IMG/VR virus record: IMGVR_UViG_3300028920_000001
Span: 1 to 64,000 of that record
Reading direction: 5' to 3' (one strand)
DNA length: 64,000 nucleotides
Source of the DNA: a virus
Positions 27,443 through 36,687 of this stretch are shown in pieces. Numbering within the stretch: the stretch's first letter is position 1; each line of letters starts with the position of its first letter. The position numbers and the translations under genes are program-made. Below the pieces are notes generated by a model. It did no database searches. It was not told the DNA's origin and saw only the letters and a program-made list of their open reading frames with translations.

Positions 27443-28412
27443 TTTTATATTCCATTCCAGTTCCATCTATGTATGGTTTAATTAAATTAATGAATTTTTT
27501 CCCTTCTGTTGAGGAAAACATGAGATAATAATATTTCTTTTTGTTTTTAACGCGATTTTTAACTCTAGGACAACATCCGAATTTGCACAACACAGACTGT
27601 AATAACTTATTTTCATTTAATGAAAAGCCTTCGGTATGAAGGGTTATTCTCTGACGCCCATTTTTTAATTTAGGATTGGATCCATCATCCATAAACCAAT
27701 ATGCTAATGCAATTTCATTTAATTGATTAATCCAGTTCAAATTTACTTGTTTTTTTCCATTTATTTTACATAATTTTGCAATTTGTGGTAATTCTCTAGC
27801 ATTCCATAGTCTGTTCACATAAAATTCAGATTGTGGATTAAAACATGACTTACTTTGTTCAATTGAGAAATTAGCATTTAGCAAATCTCTAATATGTTCA
27901 GAGTATAGAGAATGGATTTTACCTTGTGTATGCTTATAAAAATAAGACCTCCTGTGCTTGATTTTAATAAGTGATGCGTCTCCTAACAAAGTTCCTAATA
28001 TCGCTTGCTTTTGGAAATTGGTTATTTTAGGTGCATTTCTTTGATATTTTAAAGATATTGAGTCATACTGATTTCTTGTTTTTCCTTTCAAAATCTTTCT
28101 TATTTTATACCTAGTTAATCTGGTTTCATCCCAAATTTCTTTTATAGTAAACCCAGATGTATATAAATTTTCAACTAACTCTTTTTCACTAGATAATATG
28201 TTTATACGGGGCCTGATATTTCTGCATTGCACTCCTTTGTTTTTTAAAATTACTGATATTCTACTTTTAGAAATATTGTATTTCTGTGTTAATTCAATTA
28301 TTGTGTTTCCGTGATTGTAATCCTTAACTATTGAGATATCTCTGTCCATATATAAATTATTGATAAATAATTTATTGGTATAGGATGAGATTTTTTCCAC
28401 TTGTAAATTCAT
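27435..28412 (-). CDS. LAGLIDADG-family homing endonuclease (free-standing) with N-terminal HTH repeats
   Basis: Two LAGLIDADG-type motifs: ILGTLLGDASLIK and LAYWFMDDGSNP. It is the only - strand gene between + strand neighbours. Confidence 0.75.
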   Translation of the reverse strand: MNLQVEKISSYTNKLFINNLYMDRDISIVKDYNHGNTIIELTQKYNISKSRISVILKNKGVQCRNIRPRINILSSEKELVENLYTSGFTIKEIWDETRLTRYKIRKILKGKTRNQYDSISLKYQRNAPKITNFQKQAILGTLLGDASLIKIKHRRSYFYKHTQGKIHSLYSEHIRDLLNANFSIEQSKSCFNPQSEFYVNRLWNARELPQIAKLCKINGKKQVNLNWINQLNEIALAYWFMDDGSNPKLKNGRQRITLHTEGFSLNENKLLQSVLCKFGCCPRVKNRVKNKKKYYYLMFSSTEGKKFINLIKPYIDGTGMEYKIN

Positions 28413-28462
28413 CCGCTAGCCCCGTACAGGTTCATATGACGAACCTAAAACAGGAGCTGAAG

Positions 28463-29542
28463 ATGACTCGAGCCGCTTTCTTGGCTTTTTCCCTGATTTT
28501 GGCAGGCTGCGGGAGTAGCCACAGTACTAGATCTATTACTTTAGGGGATGCAGGTTCACAAGAAATTGCTGGTTCCAGTGGAGAGAATTCTGGTGACGGA
28601 TCTGGTGGGAATGAAGCTGGATCTGGATCCGGAGCCACTCCGGGATATTCTGGCGCTGATAATAGTAGCGGTGGTTCTGGCGCTCTTGACACGGGCGGTA
28701 GTGGGGGAACTCCCGAAACTGGTGGATCAGCCGCAGTGGAAAATCAAGCCGGACGGGCCGGTTCTCCCGTGGTGAATACTGGTGGTTCTGGAACCGGTGG
28801 TGAATTGGTGACTGGTGGTACTGGGACTGGAGGGGATGAGACTGGTGGTATGGCCGGTTTTGGAACCGGAGGTACTGGAACCGGAGGAGATGCCACAGGT
28901 GGAGATCCTGGAACCGGCGGTGACCTCGGAACAGGTGGAGATCCTGGGATGGGTGGAATTGTGGGAACCGGCGGAGGATGCGTTCCACTAGAGTGTCCCG
29001 CCTTAGACAAGGATCCCTGTTTCTACACCACTATCGATGATGGATGTGGGAATCCGATCCAATGCCCCACTGCTTGCTCTGACATGAACTATTGCAACTT
29101 TGGGGTATGCACAGCGTGCACTTCTCAGCAAACTGATGAAGAAGTCTGTGCCACCATGACAGATACTCAATGCGGATATGTTCATCGTCCGTATGTGTCT
29201 GACGAGTGTAACGCCCCGGTGGATTGTGTTACCAATTTCGATTATGCAACTTGTTATCCTTGGTACGCTCAGTGCGAACAGAATTGTAGTGGTATCGAGT
29301 CTTGTGATGTGGCTGTTGGTCAGACTGTGGGGCAATGTACAGGTTGCAGATTGGCAAATCCAGTAGCCGGAGCTTCTCCTTGTCAGAATAGTTTTCATCC
29401 TGAATCTGGGAATCAGCTATTTTACCGATATGATTGTGATCCTATTGATGGTGGCTATGATGGAACTAGTCCGTTGCCTGAAGATCAATGCCTATGGATT
29501 AACGGACCATCTTGGTGTTGCGAAACCGATGATCTAGGCTAG
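28463..29542 (+). CDS. Secreted lipoprotein with (T/G)GG low-complexity linker and Cys-rich C-terminal domain
   Basis: ATG 28463 is preceded by AGGAG (28452-28456). MTRAAFLAFSLILAGCGSS gives a signal peptide plus lipobox. The gene is markedly more G+C-rich than its flanks. The Cys-rich region includes DDGCGNPIQCPTAC. Confidence 0.7.
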   Translation: MTRAAFLAFSLILAGCGSSHSTRSITLGDAGSQEIAGSSGENSGDGSGGNEAGSGSGATPGYSGADNSSGGSGALDTGGSGGTPETGGSAAVENQAGRAGSPVVNTGGSGTGGELVTGGTGTGGDETGGMAGFGTGGTGTGGDATGGDPGTGGDLGTGGDPGMGGIVGTGGGCVPLECPALDKDPCFYTTIDDGCGNPIQCPTACSDMNYCNFGVCTACTSQQTDEEVCATMTDTQCGYVHRPYVSDECNAPVDCVTNFDYATCYPWYAQCEQNCSGIESCDVAVGQTVGQCTGCRLANPVAGASPCQNSFHPESGNQLFYRYDCDPIDGGYDGTSPLPEDQCLWINGPSWCCETDDLG

Positions 29543-29592
29543 GTCGTTTACTCCAAATAAATTGATTGTAAAATAAGGACGTTGGAGGCTGA

Positions 29593-31686
29593 ATGTCTGA
29601 CGTCCTTGAAAAACTTCGAAAAATACGTCAAAGTCAAGATCTGAAGTTAAAGCCATCACCTTATCTCAAAAAAACTTATATTGATGAATATGGAATAGAA
29701 CAACCAGTTCATATTCGTAATTATCAAGCTTCTGGAATTATGAACCTTTGTCAGGTTCAACGGATGTGTCTTGGGGATGACACGGGACTTGGTAAAACGC
29801 TCGAAGCTCTGAGTGCAGTCGGATATGTGTGGCTAAAAGAACCGGAATATGTTCCGATTATTGTCACTAAAAAGTCTTCTTTATTTCAATGGGCGGATGA
29901 AGTAGACAAATTCATGAAGAATATGGAGACCATTACTATCAATGGTCCTCCATTTAAGCGGCACCAACTTTATGAGGATTTTTTCTTAGGTCATGATCCG
30001 AAAAAGAAGCGTTTATTAATTTTGACTTATGAAATGCTACTTCGAGATATCGAAGAAACAGTAATTCGAGATCGGGAAACTAAACCAACTAAAGAATTGA
30101 AAGCTCAGCTCAGAGCTACTCGAAAAGCATTAAAAGAAGCTGAAGTTCAATTAGAAAAAGCCAAAATAGGATTTAATGCATATTTTAAAGATCGTGGACC
30201 TGAAACTTATGAGTTTATTAAATCTCGTTTGCAGCCATTGGAAGATGGGGACGAGCCTAAACCGCCAATAGACTGGACTCCAAAAGATGAAACTGTACTA
30301 GTAAGAATTATTGGAATCAGGGAACAAGCTCGGGAATTAAAAATCAAGCTACAAGAACTTAAAGATGAAGAAGCACCACCTAAAAGAGTGCCTGGATTAA
30401 TTGATTATGTAAGAGAGCTTCTGAGTTTGAATGAAGATGCTAAAATAATGTTTATTCTGGATGAAATTCATGTTCTGAAGAATCATAAAGGCAAGATGCA
30501 CGGTTCAGCAGCTAAAATTGCTGCTGTTAGTGACCGTGTAATAGGAATGACGGCTACGCCAATTAAGAATCGTCTTATGGAATTCTTCGGATTATTCCGA
30601 ATTGTCTATCCAAAACTTTTCCCGAAAGTTACACATTTTCAAAATGCGTTTTGTGTAGTTAAATTACAAAGAATTAAGGGCGGGAGACACGTCCCGATCA
30701 TTGTAGGATATCGTAACTTAAGTCAATTCACTCAAACAATTGAACCGTATTATTTATCTAGAAAGAAGCATGAAGTGGCTAAAGAACTTCCTGAATTAGT
30801 CACTCGAGAATTGACCTGTATTTTGAGCGATGAACAAGAAGAACTTTACGCAATTGCGGAGTTGGGATTGCTAAATACTGGGGAGGATCCCGATTCTGAT
30901 GCTATGAATATTTTAAGTAGTTTGGTCATGGTTCAGCAAGCTGCTAATGCCCCTGAATTATTATCAAATGAAGAAGGAGTTCCATTCGAGGGCACTTCAA
31001 CCAAGATGGAAGTTTTGATTGAACAACTCAAAGATGAACTCGACGGTGTAAAGGTTATGATCTTTTCTCGATTTGAGAAGATGATTAGTTTAATTGAAAA
31101 ACGTCTGAAAAAAGAAAAAATAGAATGCGTTCGTATCACTGGTAAGGAAAACGCTAAAGAAAGAGAAGAATCTAAAAAAACATATCAAAATATGAAATCC
31201 GGCATTAACGTTATTTTAATTACTACTGCTGGTTCAGAATCACTTAATCTTCAATCTACTGAACATATTATTATGGTTGATTCCCCTTGGAGTACCGGGG
31301 ATTATTATCAATTAATCGGTAGAGCAGTTAGAATTGGAAGTCAGCATAAAGTAGTTATTGTAACTCACTTGTTAGCTCGTCGGAAGGAAGGGGAAAAAAC
31401 AATTGACCAACATGTCTTAAAGAAACTTAGAGAAAAGAAAAAACTGATGGATAAAGTAACTGGTGAAGCCTTGCCGGGAGGATTAGAATTCGTTGATAAA
31501 GACATGGCTATGGATTTATTCAATGCAATAAAATTTGATCATAATACTATTCAGTCTGTTAAGAAAGTAAGAATTCAGTCTACATCTTCTACATCTAAAA
31601 GAAAAAGTTGTAAGTCAAAGTCAAAGTCAAAGTCAATTAACCCAATAGTAGATCCAAAGTTAATTGTAGATCTTTCCGGTATCTGA
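29593..31686 (+). CDS. SNF2/Rad54-family helicase
   Basis: Helicase motifs GDDTGLGKTLEAL (I), FILDEIHVLKN (II), MTATPIKNRLMEF (III) and DSPWSTGDYYQLIGRAVRIGS (VI). GGAGG lies 5 nt upstream of the ATG. Confidence 0.85.
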   Translation: MSDVLEKLRKIRQSQDLKLKPSPYLKKTYIDEYGIEQPVHIRNYQASGIMNLCQVQRMCLGDDTGLGKTLEALSAVGYVWLKEPEYVPIIVTKKSSLFQWADEVDKFMKNMETITINGPPFKRHQLYEDFFLGHDPKKKRLLILTYEMLLRDIEETVIRDRETKPTKELKAQLRATRKALKEAEVQLEKAKIGFNAYFKDRGPETYEFIKSRLQPLEDGDEPKPPIDWTPKDETVLVRIIGIREQARELKIKLQELKDEEAPPKRVPGLIDYVRELLSLNEDAKIMFILDEIHVLKNHKGKMHGSAAKIAAVSDRVIGMTATPIKNRLMEFFGLFRIVYPKLFPKVTHFQNAFCVVKLQRIKGGRHVPIIVGYRNLSQFTQTIEPYYLSRKKHEVAKELPELVTRELTCILSDEQEELYAIAELGLLNTGEDPDSDAMNILSSLVMVQQAANAPELLSNEEGVPFEGTSTKMEVLIEQLKDELDGVKVMIFSRFEKMISLIEKRLKKEKIECVRITGKENAKEREESKKTYQNMKSGINVILITTAGSESLNLQSTEHIIMVDSPWSTGDYYQLIGRAVRIGSQHKVVIVTHLLARRKEGEKTIDQHVLKKLREKKKLMDKVTGEALPGGLEFVDKDMAMDLFNAIKFDHNTIQSVKKVRIQSTSSTSKRKSCKSKSKSKSINPIVDPKLIVDLSGI

Positions 31687-31693
31687 ATTCTTC

Positions 31694-32569
31694 ATGGTAA
31701 TGAACTTATTATATTTAATTTTAAATATGAGGAGGCTTTCGAAAGTCGAAATAGCTAAAATGACAGACCTATACCGTAATGGACAATCAATTAATAAAAT
31801 ATCAAATTCTTTTTCTATCGACAGATCTACGATTAGATATTGGTTGTCTAAGTACAGTTTATTAAGACCAAAGACTAAATTGAAATTAGATGCTTCTTAT
31901 TTTGAAAATTTAAATAATAAAAATAAATGTTATTGGATCGGTTTTTTATTAGCTGATGGCACAATTGGGTATAGGTATCTTGATACTAAAAATGGGAAAG
32001 TACGAAGACCAAAGCGGGTGAATCTCACTCTTCAATCTAAAGATGAATCACACTTAAAATTATTTAAAGATGAAATTAACTTTGATGGTTCAATCAAACA
32101 ATTGACAAGATTTGATAAGAGATACGGTAAAACACGGCATCACTCTAGTCTTACCATTGTTTCAGTTCCATTTTGTAATTGTTTATTAGCTAAAGGATGG
32201 GATGAATTCAAGAAAGATGGTGATATATCTATTTTAGAACGAATTCCTAGTCATTTGTTGCTTTTTACTATGAGAGGGCTGTTCGATGGAGATGGTGGTT
32301 CCATTGTAGATAAACGAAATCAAATCATGGTTTATTTTACAAATAAACACCTTTCAGTAGTTCGGTTTTTCCAGAATTGGTTGACTCAAAAGTGTGGCCT
32401 TAATAAGACAAATATTTTCCAGAATTCCAAGTCTAAATTGTGTCGTCTTCAATATAGAGGTAATACTCAAGGAACTTCAATTTTGACATATTTGTATTCG
32501 GGGGGAGGACCAATGTTAAGAAGAAAAGATGCTCGACTTGTCTTGGATGTAGATTTTTCTGACATCTAA
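31694..32569 (+). CDS. LAGLIDADG-family homing endonuclease (free-standing)
   Basis: Motifs CYWIGFLLADGTIG and MRGLFDGDGGSI, with an N-terminal HTH (SIDRSTIRYWLSKY). Exact start is uncertain (several Met codons between 31694 and 31727). Confidence 0.75.
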   Translation: MVMNLLYLILNMRRLSKVEIAKMTDLYRNGQSINKISNSFSIDRSTIRYWLSKYSLLRPKTKLKLDASYFENLNNKNKCYWIGFLLADGTIGYRYLDTKNGKVRRPKRVNLTLQSKDESHLKLFKDEINFDGSIKQLTRFDKRYGKTRHHSSLTIVSVPFCNCLLAKGWDEFKKDGDISILERIPSHLLLFTMRGLFDGDGGSIVDKRNQIMVYFTNKHLSVVRFFQNWLTQKCGLNKTNIFQNSKSKLCRLQYRGNTQGTSILTYLYSGGGPMLRRKDARLVLDVDFSDI

Positions 32570-33426
32570 TGCCGGAATGTACTAAATGTTCCGATTTAGG
32601 AGTGATTGATCGGGACGGAAAACTATACGAATGTGATTGTGCATTTGTACGTAGATTATCTAATACTCTTCCTCTCTATATTAAGCAAGCCCATTATCAA
32701 AAAGAACATTTACAGCTCGGTATGCTAAAACATACTGATAAATCGATTTATATTAAATCTACTTGGCAGGATATGAAAGCAATTGTGAAAGCTTTGTTTT
32801 TCATGTATCCACGGAAGTTTATTCGGATTACTTCAGATGCTGAAATTCGTGATGTTTACGTAGGATCAAAATCGCGGGCTGCTCGATCTGAAGACTTTGA
32901 CGGGGAAGTATATAATAATTTGGCTGATTTAGTTACTGGACCTGAGTTGTTAATTGTTCGACTTGGGGAGATCAAAAATAAAAATAAAGCTGCTCCTGGA
33001 GCATTGCTTGAATCACTTAAATATCGGATTGATTATGGACGTCCAGTATGGATTTGGACTGATTTGGAATGCCCTTTTAACTTAGGTAGTTTTGCTTATT
33101 CCGAACCTGTGGCCGAGATTTTAGCTACAGGTTGTACTTCCATTGAGGTCCCTCGAATCGCCCCTGATTCTAATTATGAATCTTACTTTGATATCGAGAC
33201 TACTTCTTCCGGGTCCTCTTCCGGGTCCTCTCGTCCTCTAATTGATTCTAACGGGGAGGAGGACCCTGCTGCTGCCCAAACTCAGAAGAAGATAAAGAAA
33301 AAGGCAAAGAAGACCTATGTAGAACCAGTTGAAAATAATGAAATTGAGCTAGATTCTAGTCCATCCAATTCGTTGTCCGGATATGGTGGTGGAGTTGGAA
33401 AATCCAAAAAATTTGGGCAACGATGA
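32569..33426 (+). CDS. Hypothetical protein, possible degenerate DnaC-like helicase loader
   Basis: N-terminal CTKC...CDC. LLIVRLGE...GRPVWIWTD resembles the Walker B / sensor region of DnaC/IstB-type AAA+ loaders but lacks the acidic pair. It sits immediately upstream of the DnaB-like gene. Confidence 0.3.
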   Translation: MPECTKCSDLGVIDRDGKLYECDCAFVRRLSNTLPLYIKQAHYQKEHLQLGMLKHTDKSIYIKSTWQDMKAIVKALFFMYPRKFIRITSDAEIRDVYVGSKSRAARSEDFDGEVYNNLADLVTGPELLIVRLGEIKNKNKAAPGALLESLKYRIDYGRPVWIWTDLECPFNLGSFAYSEPVAEILATGCTSIEVPRIAPDSNYESYFDIETTSSGSSSGSSRPLIDSNGEEDPAAAQTQKKIKKKAKKTYVEPVENNEIELDSSPSNSLSGYGGGVGKSKKFGQR

Positions 33427-34940
33427 ATCGAATTTTAAGATCTGTAATTCAAGTTGCCAATCAGCCCCCGGCTGAAGAAGCACTTAATAATTGGAATAGA
33501 TTATTAGAATATAATCTTGATTTTCCCAGTGAAGAACTTCATAAAATTTACAAATATCTTAAAGATTTCTATTCTCAAATGAGTGCACCACCAGATTTGA
33601 GTTTGGTGGTTGAATATTTCGAAAAATTAGATGATGTCGAGACTGTTGATCAACTTAATGAAATCAAATCAGCTCAGTGGTATATCCAAACTAATTATAT
33701 TTCGATTGTTCGAGGAGTTCAAGAACAACAACAAATTAAAAATTTTGCTTTATTATGTCATGATGCCCAAATTATTGCTGAACATGGACGTAATTTTGAA
33801 AAGCCAATTAATGGAAAGAAGATCCTGCGTGGAGTAAGTGACGCGGTTACTTTCGTTTTTGATCATCTTCATGAATTCACTCGAGTAGAAGGTGGGGAAA
33901 AGCTTGAGGGTGTAGTCAGTGATGATGCAGAAGAATTTATTGAAGAATATGAAACAACTGAAAAAACAAATAAATATACAGACCGAAATTTAGTAGGACT
34001 CGAGCCAGTCGATTCAGTGTGTCGTGGCCATCGACGTGGCGAATATTGGGTTCATTGTGGATTTTCAGGCGAATTGAAGACTTCTTTTGCATTAAATTAT
34101 GCTTATAACAATGTCGTGGTTTATAAGAAAAACATCTTTTATTCTATTTTAGAAATGCCATATAAGCAGCTTCGTCGACAATTTTATGCAATTCATTCTT
34201 CTCATGGCAAATTTGTTACTCGATGGCATCATGAAGATGGTTATACTGGTTTAGACCATCGACAAATTCGAGATGGTGAGCTCTCGAAGAGAGACAAAGA
34301 ACGACTTAAAATCATAGCTCAAGATTTTAAGAAATCGACTGAAGGACGACTTTTTATTTGGCGGCCGAATGATGAAGTCACTATTAACGAAATTCGCCGT
34401 AAAGCTGAGATCTTCCATAATAAATGTGGCTGCGACGGAATTATTATCGACCATCTTGGTCTCGTTCTTCCTAATCGTCGCATTTCTGATTACGTTGTAT
34501 CGCTTAATTCAGTAGTACGTGAGGGGCGACTCATGGCTCTCAATTTTGCTCGAGGACGAGGTGTTCCAGTTTTCGCTTTATTTCAGCTTAATCGTCAAGG
34601 TAAACTTCGAGCTGATAAAAATGATGGTCGGTACGACTTTGCAGCAATTTCATATGCTAATGAAATTGAGAAATCAGCTGATGTGATTACTTATACTTAT
34701 CTCAATGATGTTTTAAGAGACGAGGGTAAATTCTATTTAGGTAATCTCAAAAATCGAGATAATCCACTTTTTGATCGAATGGTTGGCAAGATTATTTGGC
34801 AATCTAAGCGCATGCGAGCGATTGAATCTAGTTTACTAGACGAGGGTGATTATCTGACTCCCGGTAAATTGCTTGAACTTCAAAATCGCATGGCAAATGA
34901 TGACACTCGTTTAACAACTGAAGAACTTTTGGCTATATGA
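33423..34940 (+). CDS. dnaB: DnaB-family replicative helicase
   Basis: GFSGELKTSFALNYAYN (Walker A region), IIIDHLGLV (Walker B) and FALFQLNRQGK (the DnaB QLNR motif). Confidence 0.7.
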   Translation: MNRILRSVIQVANQPPAEEALNNWNRLLEYNLDFPSEELHKIYKYLKDFYSQMSAPPDLSLVVEYFEKLDDVETVDQLNEIKSAQWYIQTNYISIVRGVQEQQQIKNFALLCHDAQIIAEHGRNFEKPINGKKILRGVSDAVTFVFDHLHEFTRVEGGEKLEGVVSDDAEEFIEEYETTEKTNKYTDRNLVGLEPVDSVCRGHRRGEYWVHCGFSGELKTSFALNYAYNNVVVYKKNIFYSILEMPYKQLRRQFYAIHSSHGKFVTRWHHEDGYTGLDHRQIRDGELSKRDKERLKIIAQDFKKSTEGRLFIWRPNDEVTINEIRRKAEIFHNKCGCDGIIIDHLGLVLPNRRISDYVVSLNSVVREGRLMALNFARGRGVPVFALFQLNRQGKLRADKNDGRYDFAAISYANEIEKSADVITYTYLNDVLRDEGKFYLGNLKNRDNPLFDRMVGKIIWQSKRMRAIESSLLDEGDYLTPGKLLELQNRMANDDTRLTTEELLAI

Positions 34941-34952
34941 ATTGTTAGTAAT

Positions 34953-35234
34953 ATGCGTTTTGCACATATGAAAACTAAAGATGGTACTCTGGTAGTCGTA
35001 TCCGTATCTAAAGACAAACTTTATATTACTATTTCACCTGAATTAGGAATGCATACTGGGATCACCTTAGATCCAAATGCAATTAAATGGAATACAATGT
35101 GGTTTATTAAAATTATCCGTGGTTTTATTGAAGTTGGAAATATTAAATGTGATATTTTCGATGTAGCTAAAACAGTTTTGACTTTAGCGAAGAAACAGCA
35201 TTACGATGTGTTGTTACCAGTGATGTGTAGTTAA
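34953..35234 (+). CDS. Hypothetical protein
   Basis: 93-aa ORF, last + strand gene before a convergent - strand gene. Confidence 0.5.
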   Translation: MRFAHMKTKDGTLVVVSVSKDKLYITISPELGMHTGITLDPNAIKWNTMWFIKIIRGFIEVGNIKCDIFDVAKTVLTLAKKQHYDVLLPVMCS

Positions 35235-35641
35235 GTCTCCATAACGTCTGAAACTAAGGCAGTTTTAAGAGTGTCGATTATTTTAAGTGAATTTTTAGAT
35301 ATGGTTTCCATTAGTGCTTCCTGTATATCATAATCGTTTTTTATTATTTCAGACAATTGCCAATGAATATTATAATCTTTTTCAAATAAAATAAGGAATA
35401 GACTAAGGAATTTTTCCATATTAACAGGTTTTAATTCATAGCCTTTTCCTTTACACTCTCTGCATTTCACATCATCTAATGAGACTGTCTGATCTAATGT
35501 TCTATAACTTTCGTTGTGTCCTTTTCCATAACAAAAATTGCAGGGGATTGTTATCATCAGTCCAATTTTATCGAAATCTTCGCCAGAACCATAACCTAAT
35601 AGAATATCTTTAATTTCTCTGCGAAGATTTTCATCCATCAT
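35231..35641 (-). CDS. Small protein with DnaJ-type CxxCxGxG zinc-finger pair, ending in VMET
   Basis: CNFCYGKGH and CRECKGKGY motifs, C-terminus LVSDVMET. Confidence 0.6.
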   Translation of the reverse strand: MMDENLRREIKDILLGYGSGEDFDKIGLMITIPCNFCYGKGHNESYRTLDQTVSLDDVKCRECKGKGYELKPVNMEKFLSLFLILFEKDYNIHWQLSEIIKNDYDIQEALMETISKNSLKIIDTLKTALVSDVMET

Positions 35642-35654
35642 GTTGTAAAATACA

Positions 35655-35812
35655 TTGGTGGCAGATCAAAAAACCGCACATCAAGAATGGGTAGCTAAAA
35701 GAATCAAAGAGGTTCTTAGTCGGTATACTGCATTTGAGGCTTTACATGAATATGGATATGGGGATAATGTTGTAGACCAATTCACTGCTATTCAGATTTC
35801 TTTTGACTTATT
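35655..35812 (+). pseudogene. Truncated, diverged duplicate of the 5' end of the primase-like gene 36688..37296
   Basis: QKTAHQEWVAKRIKEVLSRYTAFEALHEYGYGDNVVDQFTAIQIS aligns with PQTAHQEWINNRIKAVSSRFSVYDVLVENGIELADQFTDLQIS. Similarity ends where the CPFH zinc motif should follow. The fragment has a TTG start and is bounded by a 17-nt direct repeat. Confidence 0.65.
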
Positions 35813-36653
35813 ATGTTGTAAAATACATTCTTTCACTTATTATTTTACAAATTAATATAAATTTTTTGAATGGAATATTATTTTTCATTTTGTTGATTCC
35901 CCAACAACAAAATACCACATTTGAAATTGTGTATCCTTTTTCGGAGTCTAATCTATCTAAACTAATTAAGTTAAATCGTCTTGGATTATTATACTCATAT
36001 GAATGTTCTAATTTTTCGCCAGTGTAGAAACATTTTCCATCTTGTTTTTGGTATAAATTATGAAGTTGTTTTAATGTTAGATTAGAAATCTTGGAAATTG
36101 TTCTTCCTCTGAATTTGTCTTTCCTTCTAGTGGCCTTTAGTATGATTTTTAATTTTGTTTCAAGATCTCTAGAATTCTTTTTCATAATTCTTTTACTATC
36201 ACATTTTTTACAAATTCCACTTTTCCAATTTTGTCTTGTTTTATTTCTTTCAAATCTGAATTCTTCAAATTTACCAATATATCCACAATAGACACATCTT
36301 TTAGTAGATTCTATATAATTTTTAATTTCTTCATAATTTTTATTAAAATCACTATAATTTTTTATCCATCTTCGAATTGTTTCGTAAGCTATTTTAGTTT
36401 CTCTCAATGCTTTTCTTTCTACTCTCAATCTTTTAAAATTAGATAAGAACAATTGTTGCTTTTGATTAATTTCATGTTGGTTTTTGATTTTATAAGTTTC
36501 TGAATATTTTAAAGTTTTTAGCCCAAGTTTTTTTGCTCTTTCGTAAATAGATACATGAGAGCGTCTAATTAATGATTGTAATTTTTTCATATCCGGAGGG
36601 AGACTCCAATTTTCTTTCAAATATGTTATTTCTTCTTCTGACCACGGTTTCAT
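35811..36653 (-). CDS. HNH-type homing endonuclease (free-standing)
   Basis: The C-terminal LISLDRLDSEKGYTISNVVFCCWGINKMKNN fits the DRxD...GY...N...N..K variant of the HNH motif. Also present are CVYCG...CKKC and an N-terminal Myb/HTH-like segment. The gene is strongly AT-rich and on the opposite strand to the primase-like gene. Confidence 0.65.
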   Translation of the reverse strand: MKPWSEEEITYLKENWSLPPDMKKLQSLIRRSHVSIYERAKKLGLKTLKYSETYKIKNQHEINQKQQLFLSNFKRLRVERKALRETKIAYETIRRWIKNYSDFNKNYEEIKNYIESTKRCVYCGYIGKFEEFRFERNKTRQNWKSGICKKCDSKRIMKKNSRDLETKLKIILKATRRKDKFRGRTISKISNLTLKQLHNLYQKQDGKCFYTGEKLEHSYEYNNPRRFNLISLDRLDSEKGYTISNVVFCCWGINKMKNNIPFKKFILICKIISERMYFTT

Positions 36654-36687
36654 GTAAACTGTTTATAATTAATGGCTTATAAACATT

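Noticed and set aside
35803-36446. + strand ORFs 35803..36027, 36091..36291 and 36231..36446.
   Set aside because: They are Phe/Ile/Leu-rich low-complexity translations antisense to the AT-rich HNH gene, which carries recognisable motifs.
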